Below are positions 1 to 11,923 of a stretch of 64,000 bases of DNA, piece by piece. The DNA is from Octopus sinensis (taxonomy: Eukaryota). The notes beneath the pieces are model-generated. The model saw only the letters and a list, made by a program, of their open reading frames with translations, did no database searches and had not been told where the DNA came from. The DNA is taken from positions 90,024,001-90,088,000 of the forward strand of contig NC_043000.1 of NCBI RefSeq assembly GCF_006345805.1, given 5' to 3'. Numbering within the stretch: the first letter of the stretch is position 1; each line of letters starts with the position of its first letter. A program made the position numbers and the translations under genes.

Positions 1-833
1 AAGAAAGGTTGTGTGTCTGTCTACTCCGATTTAGATTCCTAACTACTCCCACATTTTGCGATGCAGTTTAACCAAAACCGGGTATCTTATAGTCGTGATT
101 CATATCGAGCCCTTCTGGGTATTAGCGCGCATCTACGATGAGTCTATGATTTTACAAATAATTTACCATCATTTTTTTCCATTTTAATGCATATTTTTTA
201 AAATAAACGGAAGTAACTCTCAAACTTCACACCAATATGCGTGCTCATATGCGACGTAATATCACAACAGCAGCATTTCCTCACACCCTCCTTGCACTTG
301 GCGAAGGCAAAATACCAGGGGATGAAAATGGTAATATTGCCATCGATTCCATTTGTACCATTGTTAAGACGCCTTCTGATCTCAGAGATGCAGTGTTCCC
401 AGATCTACAAGCTAATTATCAGAATATGGATTGGATTGGTAAAAAGGCTATACTGGCCCCGAGGAATAAAACTGTTCATCATATTAATGATGAAATGCTA
501 AAACTCATTCTGGGGAAGTCTATGTATATCAGTCTATCGATACAACTCCTGACCCAGAGGACGTCATCAACTATCCAATAGAGGTACTCAATTCCTTTGA
601 GCACCCCGGACTACCACCACACTTTCTCAAACTTAAAGTTGGTACCCCTATAATGCTCATCAGAAATTTGGTTCCCCCAAAACAATGCAATGGCACACGT
701 TTGATCGTTAAGTCCTTATCTCCCACCGTAAGCTTATATCAATATTTGCCTGAATAATCATCATAATTCAGTGCAATCATTAACAGTACTTTCAAGCAAT
801 TCAGCCCCGAGCAACGCCGGGCAATTCTGCTAG
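1..833 (+). mobile_element. Non-autonomous Helitron (copy 1, 5' end just outside the window) with PIF1-helicase fragment, frameshifted near 510
   Basis: ILAPRNK...LPPHFLKLKVGTPIMLIRNL...CNGTRL helicase motifs; 3' hairpin CCCG-agcaacgc-CGGG then CTAG at 830-833 followed by T. Confidence 0.88.
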
Positions 834-1744
834 TCTCTTATTATAAAAGGCAGATTTTATCTGCCTCCCTTTGTCACTTATAGAAATCTACAATATAGGA
901 TTTTTTCAATTACAATTTACCTAGCATTTTTAAGAGTAGAATGCATCGGGTCATGCCAGGTCCAGTTTTTAAAATTTAAACTCCAATTAAGCAAAATTTA
1001 CAGAAAACTCACATTCTGGTGTGTATGTCAAATGCTTTTCTTAATGTGGTTTACACCACACACACAGTGTGCAACGAATAAAATGAAAGTAATTCACCTT
1101 TTGTAGTGAGTGACTCTTTCAGTCTGCCACTTCCTCTTTACACACATAGACACGCAAATATATAAATAAAATTGTAAGCTAACGTGCGTGTGTGTGTGAG
1201 GGTGTGTGTGTGTGTGTGTGTGTGCGTGCGTGTGCGTGAGTGTGTGACAGGAAAGTTTTTTAGGACGAATATAAGACCTATATCGGCGATGTTTCGCTTG
1301 TCGTAGCACAGGTTTCCGTCGATTTCCGTAAAAAACTTTTATTTTTTTACATAAGTAATGAGAGCGAAAGAGACTAAGAGAAAGCGCTTGTATGACGAGG
1401 GGAGTTCTTTTGAAGTTACCGTGCATGGGACGCATTGATGTACATGTGTGTGTGTGTGTGTGTTTGATGGAGTGTGGGAGACAGACAGTATGTTGTGTAA
1501 GTGAAGTGCTTCTGTTAGTGTGTGTGAAGAGACAGAGAGAGTAATGTGTGAAAGAGAGAGATAACTGAATTTTTTTACTCGGTGTATGTGTAAATGTATG
1601 TATGCATGTATGTGTGTGTGTGTATGTATGTGTGTGTGTGTATGTATGTATGTATGTATGGCCGATTCAGTGTTTACATTTTTTACGGAAATCGACGGAA
1701 ACGTGTGCTACGACAAGCGAAACATCGCCCCTATATCCAAGTAG

Positions 1745-2216
1745 CAGAAAGATCGCCCAAAAGTGTATATAGATATTTAAATGTATTTATATATTCATCT
1801 ATACACAGATGTATGTATAATGTGTGTGTATATATTTCCATACACGTAACCATTCACTCCGCACAAAGTTTTTTAGGACGAAAATAAGATCTAAAGTTAT
1901 CTCTAAGTAGCACAGAGATCGCCCAAAAGTGTATATAGATATATAAATGTATTTATATATTCATCTATGCACACATGTATGTATAACGTGTGTGTATATA
2001 TTTCCATAGAGGTAACCATTCACTCCATACAAAGTTTTTTAGCACGAAAATAAGATCTAAAGTTATCTCTAAGAAACAGAAAGATCGCCCAAAAGTGTAT
2101 ATAGATATTTAAATGTATTTATATATTCATCTATACACACATGTATGTATAATGTGCGTGTATATATTTCCATAGAGGTAACCATTCAATCCATACAAAG
2201 TTTTTTAGGACGAAAA
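1745..2216. repeat. Tandem repeat, 166-bp unit, about 2.8 copies
   Basis: GATCGCCCAAAAGTG recurs at 1751, 1917 and 2083; the last unit stops at the 5' end of Helitron copy 2. Confidence 0.9.
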
Positions 2217-3061
2217 TATTTATATATAAAAGAAAGGTTGTGTGTCTGTCTACTCCGATTTAGATTCCTAACTACTCCCACATTTTGCGATGCAGTTTAA
2301 CCAAAACCGGGTATCTTATAGTCGTGATTCATATCGAGCCCTTCTGGGTATTAGCGCGCATCTACGATGAGTCTATGATTTTACAAATAATTTACCATCA
2401 TTTTTTTCCATTTTAATGCATATTTTTTAAAATAAACGGAAGTAACTCTCAAACTTCACACCAATATGCGTGCTCATATGCGACGTAATATCACAACAGC
2501 AGCATTTCCTCACACCCTCCTTGCACTTGGCGAAGGCAAAATACCAGGGGATGAAAATGGTAATATTGCCATCGATTCCATTTGTACCATTGTTAAGACG
2601 CCTTCTGATCTCAGAGATGCAGTGTTCCCAGATCTACAAGCTAATTATCAGAATATGGATTGGATTGGTAAAAAGGCTATACTGGCCCCGAGGAATAAAA
2701 CTGTTCATCATATTAATGATGAAATGCTAAAACTCATTCCTGGGGAAGTCTATGTATATCAGTCTATCGATACAACTCCTGACCCAGAGGACGTCATCAA
2801 CTATCCAATAGAGGTACTCAATTCCTTTGAGCACCCCGGACTACCACCACACTTTCTCAAACTTAAAGTTGGTACCCCTATAATGCTCATCAGAAATTTG
2901 GTTCCCCCAAAACAATGCAATGGCACACGTTTGATCGTTAAGTCCTTATCTCCCACCGTAAGCTTATATCAATATTTGCCTGAATAATCATCATAATTCA
3001 GTGCAATCATTAACAGTACTTCAAGCAATTCAGCCCGAGCAACGCCGGGCAATTCTGCTAG
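2217..3061 (+). mobile_element. Non-autonomous Helitron (copy 2) with PIF1-helicase fragment (ORF 2466-2987)
   Basis: 5' end TATTTATATATAAAAG (variant of the TCTTTATATATAAAAG start at 4638) preceded by A; same hairpin; CTAG at 3058-3061 followed by T. Confidence 0.88.
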
Positions 3062-3544
3062 TCTCTTATTATAAAAGGCAATTTTATCTGCCTCCCTTGT
3101 CACTTATAGAAATCTACAATATAGGATTTTTCAATTACAATTTACCTAGCATTTTTAAGAGTAGAATGCATCGGGTCATGCCAGGTCCAGTTTTTAAAAT
3201 TTAAACTCCAATTAAGCAAAATTTACAGAAAACTCACATTCTGGTGTGTATGTCAAATGCTTTTCTTAGTCTGGTTTACAGCACACGCAAACGCACACAC
3301 ACAGTGTGCAACGAATAAAGTGAAACTAATTCACTGTGTGTTGACAGGTAGAAAATAGAATGCAATGGCGATGTAATATTTGTTTCTGTCTATGACGCTG
3401 ATAGATACATGAGTAAAATGTATGGGAAGCTAAGAGATAAGAGTGAGTGAAAATGTTCTTGGAAGAGAGTAAATAGCGAGAGTGATTTGAGGAAGACTTT
3501 ACATTAAATAACCGTTGTGGCTTGTATATATATATATATACATA

Positions 3545-3810
3545 CATAAGACAGTAAGGTGTGATTTGAGGGAGATTTGGCTGCTATTTCTACCATGTCT
3601 AGCTGCCATGTAGGGGTCTCCCTCATAGGCTCATACATACATATATACATAGATAAGACAGTAAGGTGTGATTTGGGGGAATTTTGGCTGCTATTTCTAC
3701 CAGGTCTAGCTACCATGTAGAGGTCCCCCATTGGCTCATATATATATACATACATAAGACAGTAAGGTGTGATTTGAGGGAGATTTGGCTGCTGTTTCTA
3801 CCAGGTCTGT
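3545..3810. repeat. Tandem repeat, about 101-107-bp unit, about 2.5 copies
   Basis: TAAGACAGTAAGGTGTGATTT at 3547, 3654 and 3755; related motif recurs at 51028-51122. Confidence 0.85.
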
Positions 3811-4128
3811 TAGGCCTTCTCATGTAAACTCAAGCTTTCTCATGCCTTGAACATAAGACCAAAGCAGAGAATGTATTCTTTTATTCTTCTGCTTTTTCCA
3901 GCCATTGGTCTGTGGCCATGCTGGGGCAATGCCTTGAAGAATTGTAGTTTAATGAATCAACTCCAGTTTTATTTTTGTAAGCATTGTACTTATTCTATCT
4001 GTTTCCTTTGTCAAACCACTAGGTGACAGCATTGTAAACAAACCAACATTCGTTGTCAAGCAGTGGTGGAGGACAATCACAAGTACAGACACGCACACAC
4101 ACACACATACATGCATACACATATACAC

Positions 4129-4159
<31 letters not shown>

Positions 4160-4176
4160 TATGTGGTATATATATA

Positions 4177-4434
4177 TTGCAGCGTGGAAGGTGTTTGTAA
4201 GCCATTTAGAAACACACAAAAACCGTTAGATTCACTTCAACATTTAAATTTAATTTGCCAAAATATTTTCCTCGCTTTGAGACCGCGACCTGTTCACTGA
4301 CAAAAATATCGTGCTAACAGGTCGCGGTCTCAAAGCGACGAAAATATTTTGACAAATTAAATTTAAATGTTGAAGTGAATCTAACGGTTTTTGTGTGTTT
4401 CTTAAATGGCTTATAAACACCTTCAACGCTGCAA
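4177..4434. repeat. Long palindrome (about 117-bp arms, 23-nt spacer) made of two inverted copies of the G3:C8 hammerhead-bearing repeat
   Basis: 4177-4293 is the near-exact reverse complement of 4317-4434; single-arm copies at about 28820-28958 and 36845-37040. Confidence 0.9.
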
Positions 4435-4513
4435 CTGTTTTCGTTCCAGCACACGATCTCAGATCAAGTCACTTGCTATGCAAGTACATCTCTGTAACTA
4501 TATATATATTTAT

Positions 4514-4556
<43 letters not shown>

Positions 4557-4637
4557 ATATATATATATGTATATTGGTAAAAACAGTAAGATAACAAAAG
4601 AAAGAAAGAGACCTCAATATTATGTAAATAGAGGAAA

Positions 4638-5029
4638 TCTTTATATATAAAAGTGAGGTTGTGTGTCTGTCTCCTACGATTTAGACTCCTAACTACTCCC
4701 ACATTTTGCGGTGCAGTTTAACCAAAACCGGGTATCTTATAGTCGGGATTCATATCGAGACCGTCTGGGTATTAGCGCGCGTCTACGATGAGTCTACGAT
4801 TTAAAAAAATTTACCATCATTTTTCCCATTTTTAATCCATTTTTGACATATATAAGGGAAGTAACTCTCTAAAATTTATTATTAAATCTCAGAACGTAAA
4901 AAGCTACAGTAACACCCCTCCCCCTTTGTGGTTAGCCATATTGAGATGGCTATTATACTTTACATCTCTAAAAATGCTTATATAATTATTTCCCTTACAA
5001 ACCCGAGCAACGCCGGGCAATACTGCTAG
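4638..5029 (+). mobile_element. Short non-autonomous Helitron, same family, no helicase fragment
   Basis: A|TC 5' end at 4637/4638; about 250 nt similar to the start of copy 2; hairpin 5002-5017; CTAG|T at 5026-5030; no TSD. Confidence 0.88.
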
Positions 5030-5046
5030 TATATATATATATACAT

Positions 5047-5083
<37 letters not shown>

Positions 5084-5117
5084 CACACACACATATATAT
5101 AAATATACACACATATA

Positions 5118-5167
<50 letters not shown>

Positions 5168-5169
5168 CC

Positions 5170-5523
5170 TCTATATATATAAACGGCAAAATGTCTGTCT
5201 GTGTGTATCCTTTATACAAATCCACAATTTTTCAGTTAGAGGGCTCGTACTTTCTATGGTCATTCAAAGGTGGTCATGCACATTTTTGCATTTCCCCAGT
5301 CACCCCGCAAAGCCATTAAAAAATCAATAGAAGTGACTTTTTTATGAATTTTCTATCCAAAACCCAATCAAAATACCCGTAATTTGATACACCAATTGAA
5401 TGCCAGCTAGCTGTATGTGATTGGGAGGAGATTTGGACAGTACTCGCGTGTATGTGCGCTCGCATACAGCTGTATAATCATGCACTAGCACTATGACCTG
5501 GCAAAGCTGGGTCATAGTGCTAG
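5170..5523 (+). mobile_element. Second-family non-autonomous Helitron-like element
   Basis: 5' TCTATATATATAAACGGC start; 3' 15-bp palindrome (5484-5524) ending in CTAG|T. Confidence 0.65.
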
Positions 5524-5555
<32 letters not shown>

Positions 5556-8500
5556 ATACACACACATACAGACATACATACACACATATATCCACATTTT
5601 GTACATAAATTTTATTATTTGTCAATTAAGGAAAAGGGACACATATTTTATTTAATATATCTCTTTAAATATGTGTGTAATTTATAATAAAACTGACCAG
5701 TTACCACTGATGGAAAATCCACAGGTGCCCACTTGTCAAAAAATACCCAATATAGTTAATGAACATCAAAAAGTTAACCATAGATACTTATATAATGAAG
5801 AAATAATAACATTGGTCAATTGGCTAAAAATAACAGCCATATTTCTCTCAAATAGCAGCAACCTTTTATAAAGGAAGGATGCTCTGGATCCTCATAATTT
5901 AATATCCATGTTCCATGGTGGCACGAGTTGGACATTTTGACAGGATCTGATAGGTCCAAGGTTTGCATTATGCTCCAGTATCTGCATTGGCACAGTTTCA
6001 AAGGCTTCTAAATGCCAACCATTTTACACTGTGTACTAGGTACTATTTTCATACTAACAGCACTTGTGAGGTTGCCATGGAGTTTGTAAGACTAAGAACC
6101 TCAAGGGGAGTAACTTTATGCCAGGAGATAAGGGATTAAAGTATGCAAGAATCTGCTAGAACAGAAGCGGTTATTTCTTGCTGGCAAAGAACAACATGGA
6201 TACTCACTTTATAAAAAGAGAAGTCAGAAGTGCAGGAAAGAAATAAAGTAATGGTGATGGGGTATCAGGGTAGAAGGTACAAGGTGTGTAGAAGTGAGTA
6301 GGGACAGCAGAACAGGGAGAGCTGGTGGGTAGGAGTTTGTATGAAGTGGATATGGAATTTGCACAAAAAAACCTTGATGGATTAATGTTTATCACTAGCA
6401 TTCACCATCATCATTTAATGTCCACTTTCCATGTTGGCATGGTTTCGACAGTTTTACCGAAAACTGATAAGATGGGGAACTGCACCAGGTTCCGATCTTA
6501 TTTGGCAAGGTTTCTATGGCTGGATGCCCTTCCTAACACCAACCACTCTGAGAGTGTAGTGGGTGTTTTTTTTACATGCCATTTATGATTACAGTCTCAC
6601 TTGACTTGACAGGTCTATACAATCATGGTGTATCCCCAAAGATCTTGGTCACCTGTCACTGCCTCCATGAAGCTCAATGCTCAAACAGTGCATTTCACAT
6701 ATCACCAGCATAGGTGCCAGTCAGACAGCACTGGCATTGGCCACGACTATGATTTCACTCAGCTCAACAGGTCTTCACAAGTACAACATACTGCCCAGTT
6801 CATATTACAGTTTCACTGACATTTTCCATTTCAGACAGGGGAAATGTCAATCTTTGTGTTGGCTAATGTTGAAGAAGATGAAGAATGAGATGAAGTTAGC
6901 CTAATCCTTCAACAAGTTTATAGTGTGCATGATGGATTAATGGAGAATCTTGCTTCTCACAATATAGAAGCATTTCTCATGGCACCAGCAGACAAAATGG
7001 AAAAAGGTATTGCCTCAGAATATAGTGAGGGAGATGTGCTGGGGACAGTGCGAGATGGTTAGAGATGTGAAATGGGTGAGGGAGAAAATAAAATGAAGAA
7101 CATGTATTAAGGGATACGTGGTGGGTGGGTGGGGGGGATAATCTTAAAACCGTACCTTCAATATTTTTAATCATAAATCTGTATAATCAAGGAAGATCTG
7201 GAGCTAAATGACAACAATGACAGCAACAACAGCAACCCAAAGATTGGCCCTTCCTTGTAGGGTCAGAATATATTTCAGCTCCAAACAATTGCTGACACTC
7301 ATGGACAATCTGTGGCCTGCAAGACTTTCTAAATAGCATGCCTAATGAAAAATTACCTTGAATATTTTTAATAGTGTTGCCCACCTAAAAATGAGCCCTG
7401 TCTCATGTGGCTCACTTTTCAACAAAGGTTGTTTATGCCTGCTCCACACAGTAGCATAGCTGGGTGGGAGGGGTTTGCCCCAGGCAGCACTTTTTGACCT
7501 GCCGTATAAGCCTGTATAGGCTTGTGACTCCTTGTGAAAGAAGCCTGCACTGGAAAGTACACACTCTTCCGATGTCACTAACTCTATAAAATGCTAGTGA
7601 GGCCCACAAAGGTGTAATGCAACTACATCCAGTACAGTGTTATTGCTGTACCTACAGATATTCAACACTGTATCTAGAAAAAGCCCACTGACCCATGGGC
7701 ATATTCCAGCCTCTGGTACTCAACTATGCTGTTTCCATTATCTGTATTTTCTATCTTAACTATAATGATCTTTGTTCTTTGGAGTTGGTTGGTATCTCAA
7801 TTGACTCATCACCTGTACTGTGCCCACCCCAGATCCTGCCCTAATTATTTATTATTAAATTGTTGTCCTTTCTTCCCAGTAGTTAATCTGCTGGAACTCC
7901 TACCCAGCTCATATCTTTCCTGTTGATGTTGACTTGTAATAAGTTTAATCAGAAGATTAATAGCATCAATTTCACTCATATCAGAGAACCTGCAAAGGCT
8001 ATGAGCACTGTATTTTTCTCCAGTAATTAAGAACTAAGTAAAATAAAAATAGTAACTGCACCTGCTCTCTTGAATTAACAAACTAGATGACACTGCTGGC
8101 TTGGCCCACCTGTTGTCCTTTTGTTTTCTTCGTCACGTCATCCCTGCTCTATTTCACTCACTTGACTGTGTGACTTTGATTAATCATTTCTTGTGCTACT
8201 AATATTTAGTATTCGTATCTTGTCTAAGTTTTCCCAAAATACTACGAAACATAGAAGTCTATTTCCAACATCATGCGCAATGATATAGCTTTTTGTTTAG
8301 GAGATCCTACAGAAGTTACGAGTATTTCTCTTATAATTGAAAAACAAAAAGTCAAGTCATTCCTTTCTATTTTTTCTTCGCACACTGACAAAGTTAGAGC
8401 AATCTGCGATCGGACACAGATATATTACTTAAAAACGGGTAAAAATAAAAGACTTTCATCATCATTGAAGATTGAAAGTGTAATTTAAGAGCGTGGGAAT

Positions 8501-8895
8501 CAGCTTATTGACATCTAAGCAACTTGCCTGCCAGTAAAAAAAAAAATCATTAAGATTGAAAACGGTTCACGAAAATGAAGTCGAGGTTTCATTTCTTCAT
8601 TCTCGAATAAATTTAAATTGAGGCAAAGGGCATTTAATACACGAAACAAGAGCATTTAAATAGTAATTAATACAAATTTCGTTGTTACATGCAATATATA
8701 ACAAACGACCACCGCCATCAGCAACGACAACAATAGCAACAACAGCAGGAGAAATAAGGAGTCGACGTTGAAAACTGTTCACTTATGTGTGATTAATTAG
8801 CAAGATTCCCAAATAATCCTTTATTATTCATAATTCCATGATGATTAAACAGTAAGGTAAATTGACGCTTGAAGAATTAAATGTTGAGGTTGGAT

Positions 8896-8910
8896 CCGGA
8901 AGTGATGTCA
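8896..8910 (+). promoter_or_regulatory. Candidate VPS45 proximal promoter elements: ETS-type CCGGAAGTG overlapping CRE-like TGATGTCA
   Basis: CCGGAAGTG at 8896-8904 and TGATGTCA at 8903-8910, about 115 nt upstream of the ATG; motif match only. Confidence 0.45.
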
Positions 8911-8985
8911 TCAGTCTGTGATGGTGGTTTAAGCTGTTTTCTATTCCTGACCGCCGCACTGACAGACTTGTGACTTATTTTCTGA

Positions 8986-9201
<216 letters not shown>

Positions 9202-9590
9202 TGACAGTTCGTTCTTTATTTTACTTAGGTTTTCTGACAACATTTCTTGATAATTACACCCAGAAAAAATTGATTTAATTTTAATCAAATTCCCTACAGT
9301 AATTCCTCTCATAGACTGTGGGGGTAGCTGTATCTAGCAGATGATTTATATAAAGACATTTTTTAGAACAAAAAAATTTTCAATTTCCAACAAATGCAGA
9401 CAGTTATTATCATTTTATTCAAATATATCGAAAATATTATGTATCTTTCGCTTCTAACGTTCCAGTGTTTTATTTTTAGGTTAATTCCTTAGAACTCATA
9501 AACATACACCTCACCTGTTCGACAAGAAATCATTAAACAGTTCATTGCAAACATTATCATTTGGCTTTAAAAAATACGATTGCCTATATA

Positions 9591-9631
<41 letters not shown>

Positions 9632-10405
9632 CATATACATATATATGTAGTATTGATTTCTTTGCTGAAAGCTGGGTACAAACCATCCGATAAATCTCTT
9701 TACAGCTGCCATGAGCAACATTCAAAGGAATATCAACAGAAAATGTGTAGATGGGAGCTTTGCCATGTTCACAATTATAAATGTCGTCTGTTGCAAGGTT
9801 GTTGTTAAACGAACAGAATGTTTCTCATTTGTCATCATTATCAACAACGATTAGCGAGGGTGTCAACCATGGTATTTACCAGGGTGAAGGGGATTCCACC
9901 CCTGTGTATGTGTGTATATATGTATATATAAATATATATATGTATATATATATATAATATGTGTGTTTGTGTATATATATATAAACCGAATTAGAGAAAA
10001 AACAATTCTAGATGTAGCTGTGTATATGATAGTGTGTTACTTGACAAACATATCGATAAAACAGCCTCCCTTTTCCCTGTAAATATTACAATATTTCACG
10101 ATGATATTGTAATATTCTGTAGTATTTGTTAAATATATTTATTATGTTGTTATCTTTCTATGTCTGTATATTACACCAGAACTGGTAGCTACCCAGACCA
10201 GATTCTGTGACATTAAGCATTAGTTACAAAACCAGAAAGTGTGTTGCTGATGTTTCTAGATATGACGATGGTTTCAACAAATATTTATTTATTTATTTAT
10301 TCTACCCTCCGCGACATTTAATTCCAATATATGCCCCAGTTTATTCGATTTACGTTGTTAGTTTAGTCAACATTCTACCACACATCCATAAGAAATGTCG
10401 TATGT

Positions 10406-10505
10406 NNNNNNNNNNNNNNNNNNNNNNNNNNNNNNNNNNNNNNNNNNNNNNNNNNNNNNNNNNNNNNNNNNNNNNNNNNNNNNNNNNNNNNNNNNNNNNN
10501 NNNNN
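10406..10505. other. Assembly gap (100 N)
   Basis: Run of exactly 100 N. Confidence 0.99.
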
Positions 10506-10554
10506 TATATATATATAAATACATAATATATATATATATGTATATATATTTGCC

Positions 10555-10880
10555 ATAATATACATCTGGAAGGACTTGTCCCAAACTTTGGCATCAAAAG
10601 TTACACAAATACTAGAACTGGGTGCCACTGCATAGTGCCAAGGACTCCAAATTTGCCATTAAGATGTTGGACAAAATACTGCAATAGCCTGGGCTTCAGA
10701 GGTCCACAGCTCTTCAATATCTTCCTGAAGGACCTGAGAGACTTGCATGGGGTGGATGCAAATGTTTTCAAAAGAAAGCTGGACCTCTTACTGTCAAGTG
10801 TTCCAGATGAACCAACTTCGCAGCAGGAGGTGCAAATGAAGGCAGGTGCATCAAACTCTCTCATGCACCAAATGTCAATT
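10555..10880 (+). mobile_element. 3' remnant of a CR1/L2-like LINE ORF2
   Basis: NSLGFRGPQLFNIFLKDLRDLHGVDANVFKRKLDLLLSSVPDEP...ASNSL resembles LINE ORF2 C-termini; clade assignment tentative. Confidence 0.6.
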
Positions 10881-11845
10881 CCTAAAAAGCATTCGTGAAG
10901 TAAAATTATGTAGCAACACCAAATCACAGTGCCCCAGCATGGCCACAGCCTATCAGCTGAAACTAGGTGAAGTAAAAATAAATAAAAAAAATATTATATG
11001 TGTCTGTATATATATGTATATACATATCTGTATCCATCCCATCCCACCCCCACCCCACCCCATGTCTTGCACCCACTCCCACATACCCCACCTTTTCCCC
11101 ACCCTCAGCCTAACCCGCACCCCAAGCATGCTTTCCCCACTCTCGCCTCCCCACATCCCAATACCACCACACCACAACACATACGACCACATGATACACC
11201 ACTATACCACACAACACCACATCACATCACCCCGCACACACTAACACTGACCACTTCCCAGCCCCACACCTACACATGCACACGTCAAGGTCACCAGCCC
11301 TCTTCCACATGCACATGCATGCTCTCGTCTTGGGATCAGCACCACTTTATTATCTCCCCTTCTTCCTAGCTCTCCTGTTTGACCCCTCTGTCTGGCATTC
11401 ACCATGATAGATCGCTAGCCACTACACATTCTTTATTTTCTCTCCTTGTTTCTTTCTGTGTTCCTTTCTGTGGAAGAGCGTAGGCTCAAAACTTTAGACT
11501 TTTTCACTTCCTGAGCATTAAACTAATACATCTGTTTGTTGTCTACACCACCTATCTTCGTCTTTTGTTTTTTTTTTGTGAATTCTCCCTATAAATATAT
11601 ATGTGTGTGTTTGTATGTATATACATATATGTATGTTTACATGTTTATATGTATATATATATGTTTACATGTGTATATATATATATATAATATGTACATA
11701 TATATGTTTGTCTATATATATATATATATCTATATATAGAAATTCAGGGTGAGTACTTGATAATTGTAAGCACCTGTATATACCGTTTGGTGGTGTAGGT
11801 GGTGGAGTAAATTAATCAAAATAAAAACATGATGCCAAGGATTCA

Positions 11846-11923
11846 GCGGTACATATGTTTCGGGCCTTTATTAGACGGACTTATAACAATGCATAATGTG
11901 TGTCTATGGCCTTCTTCAGCCGC
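11846..11923 (-). ncRNA. Minimal type I hammerhead ribozyme motif (canonical core)
   Basis: Minus strand reads GCGG-CUGAAGA-A-GGCC..GGCC-C-GAAAC-AUAU-GUA|CCGC; stem I GCGG/CCGC; palindromic stem III ACAUAUGU. Confidence 0.8.

Noticed and set aside
1745-2216. CRISPR-like or prokaryotic repeat array
   Set aside because: Units are contiguous tandem copies with no unique spacers, in a eukaryotic repeat context.
237-2987. PIF1 helicase ORFs as a host gene
   Set aside because: Partial domain only, intronless, and bounded by Helitron termini.
5700-6030. Minus-strand frame GWHLEAFETVPMQILEHNANLGPIRSCQ... that looks coding
   Set aside because: Interrupted by stops, no splice context and no family I can recognise.
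7187-7578. Cys-rich minus-strand ORFs (CCCCCHCCH)
   Set aside because: The Cys run derives from a TGT/TGC-type trinucleotide repeat; no supported exon structure.
11030-11120. C-rich tract (G-quadruplex potential on the minus strand)
   Set aside because: Low-complexity simple sequence with no evidence of function.
11464-11500. Hammerhead-like CUUU-CUGUGGA-A-GAGC-GUAG-GCUC-AAAAC
   Set aside because: A stem II hairpin is present but A6 and G12 are altered and there is no cleavage triplet with stem I; at best a decayed copy.
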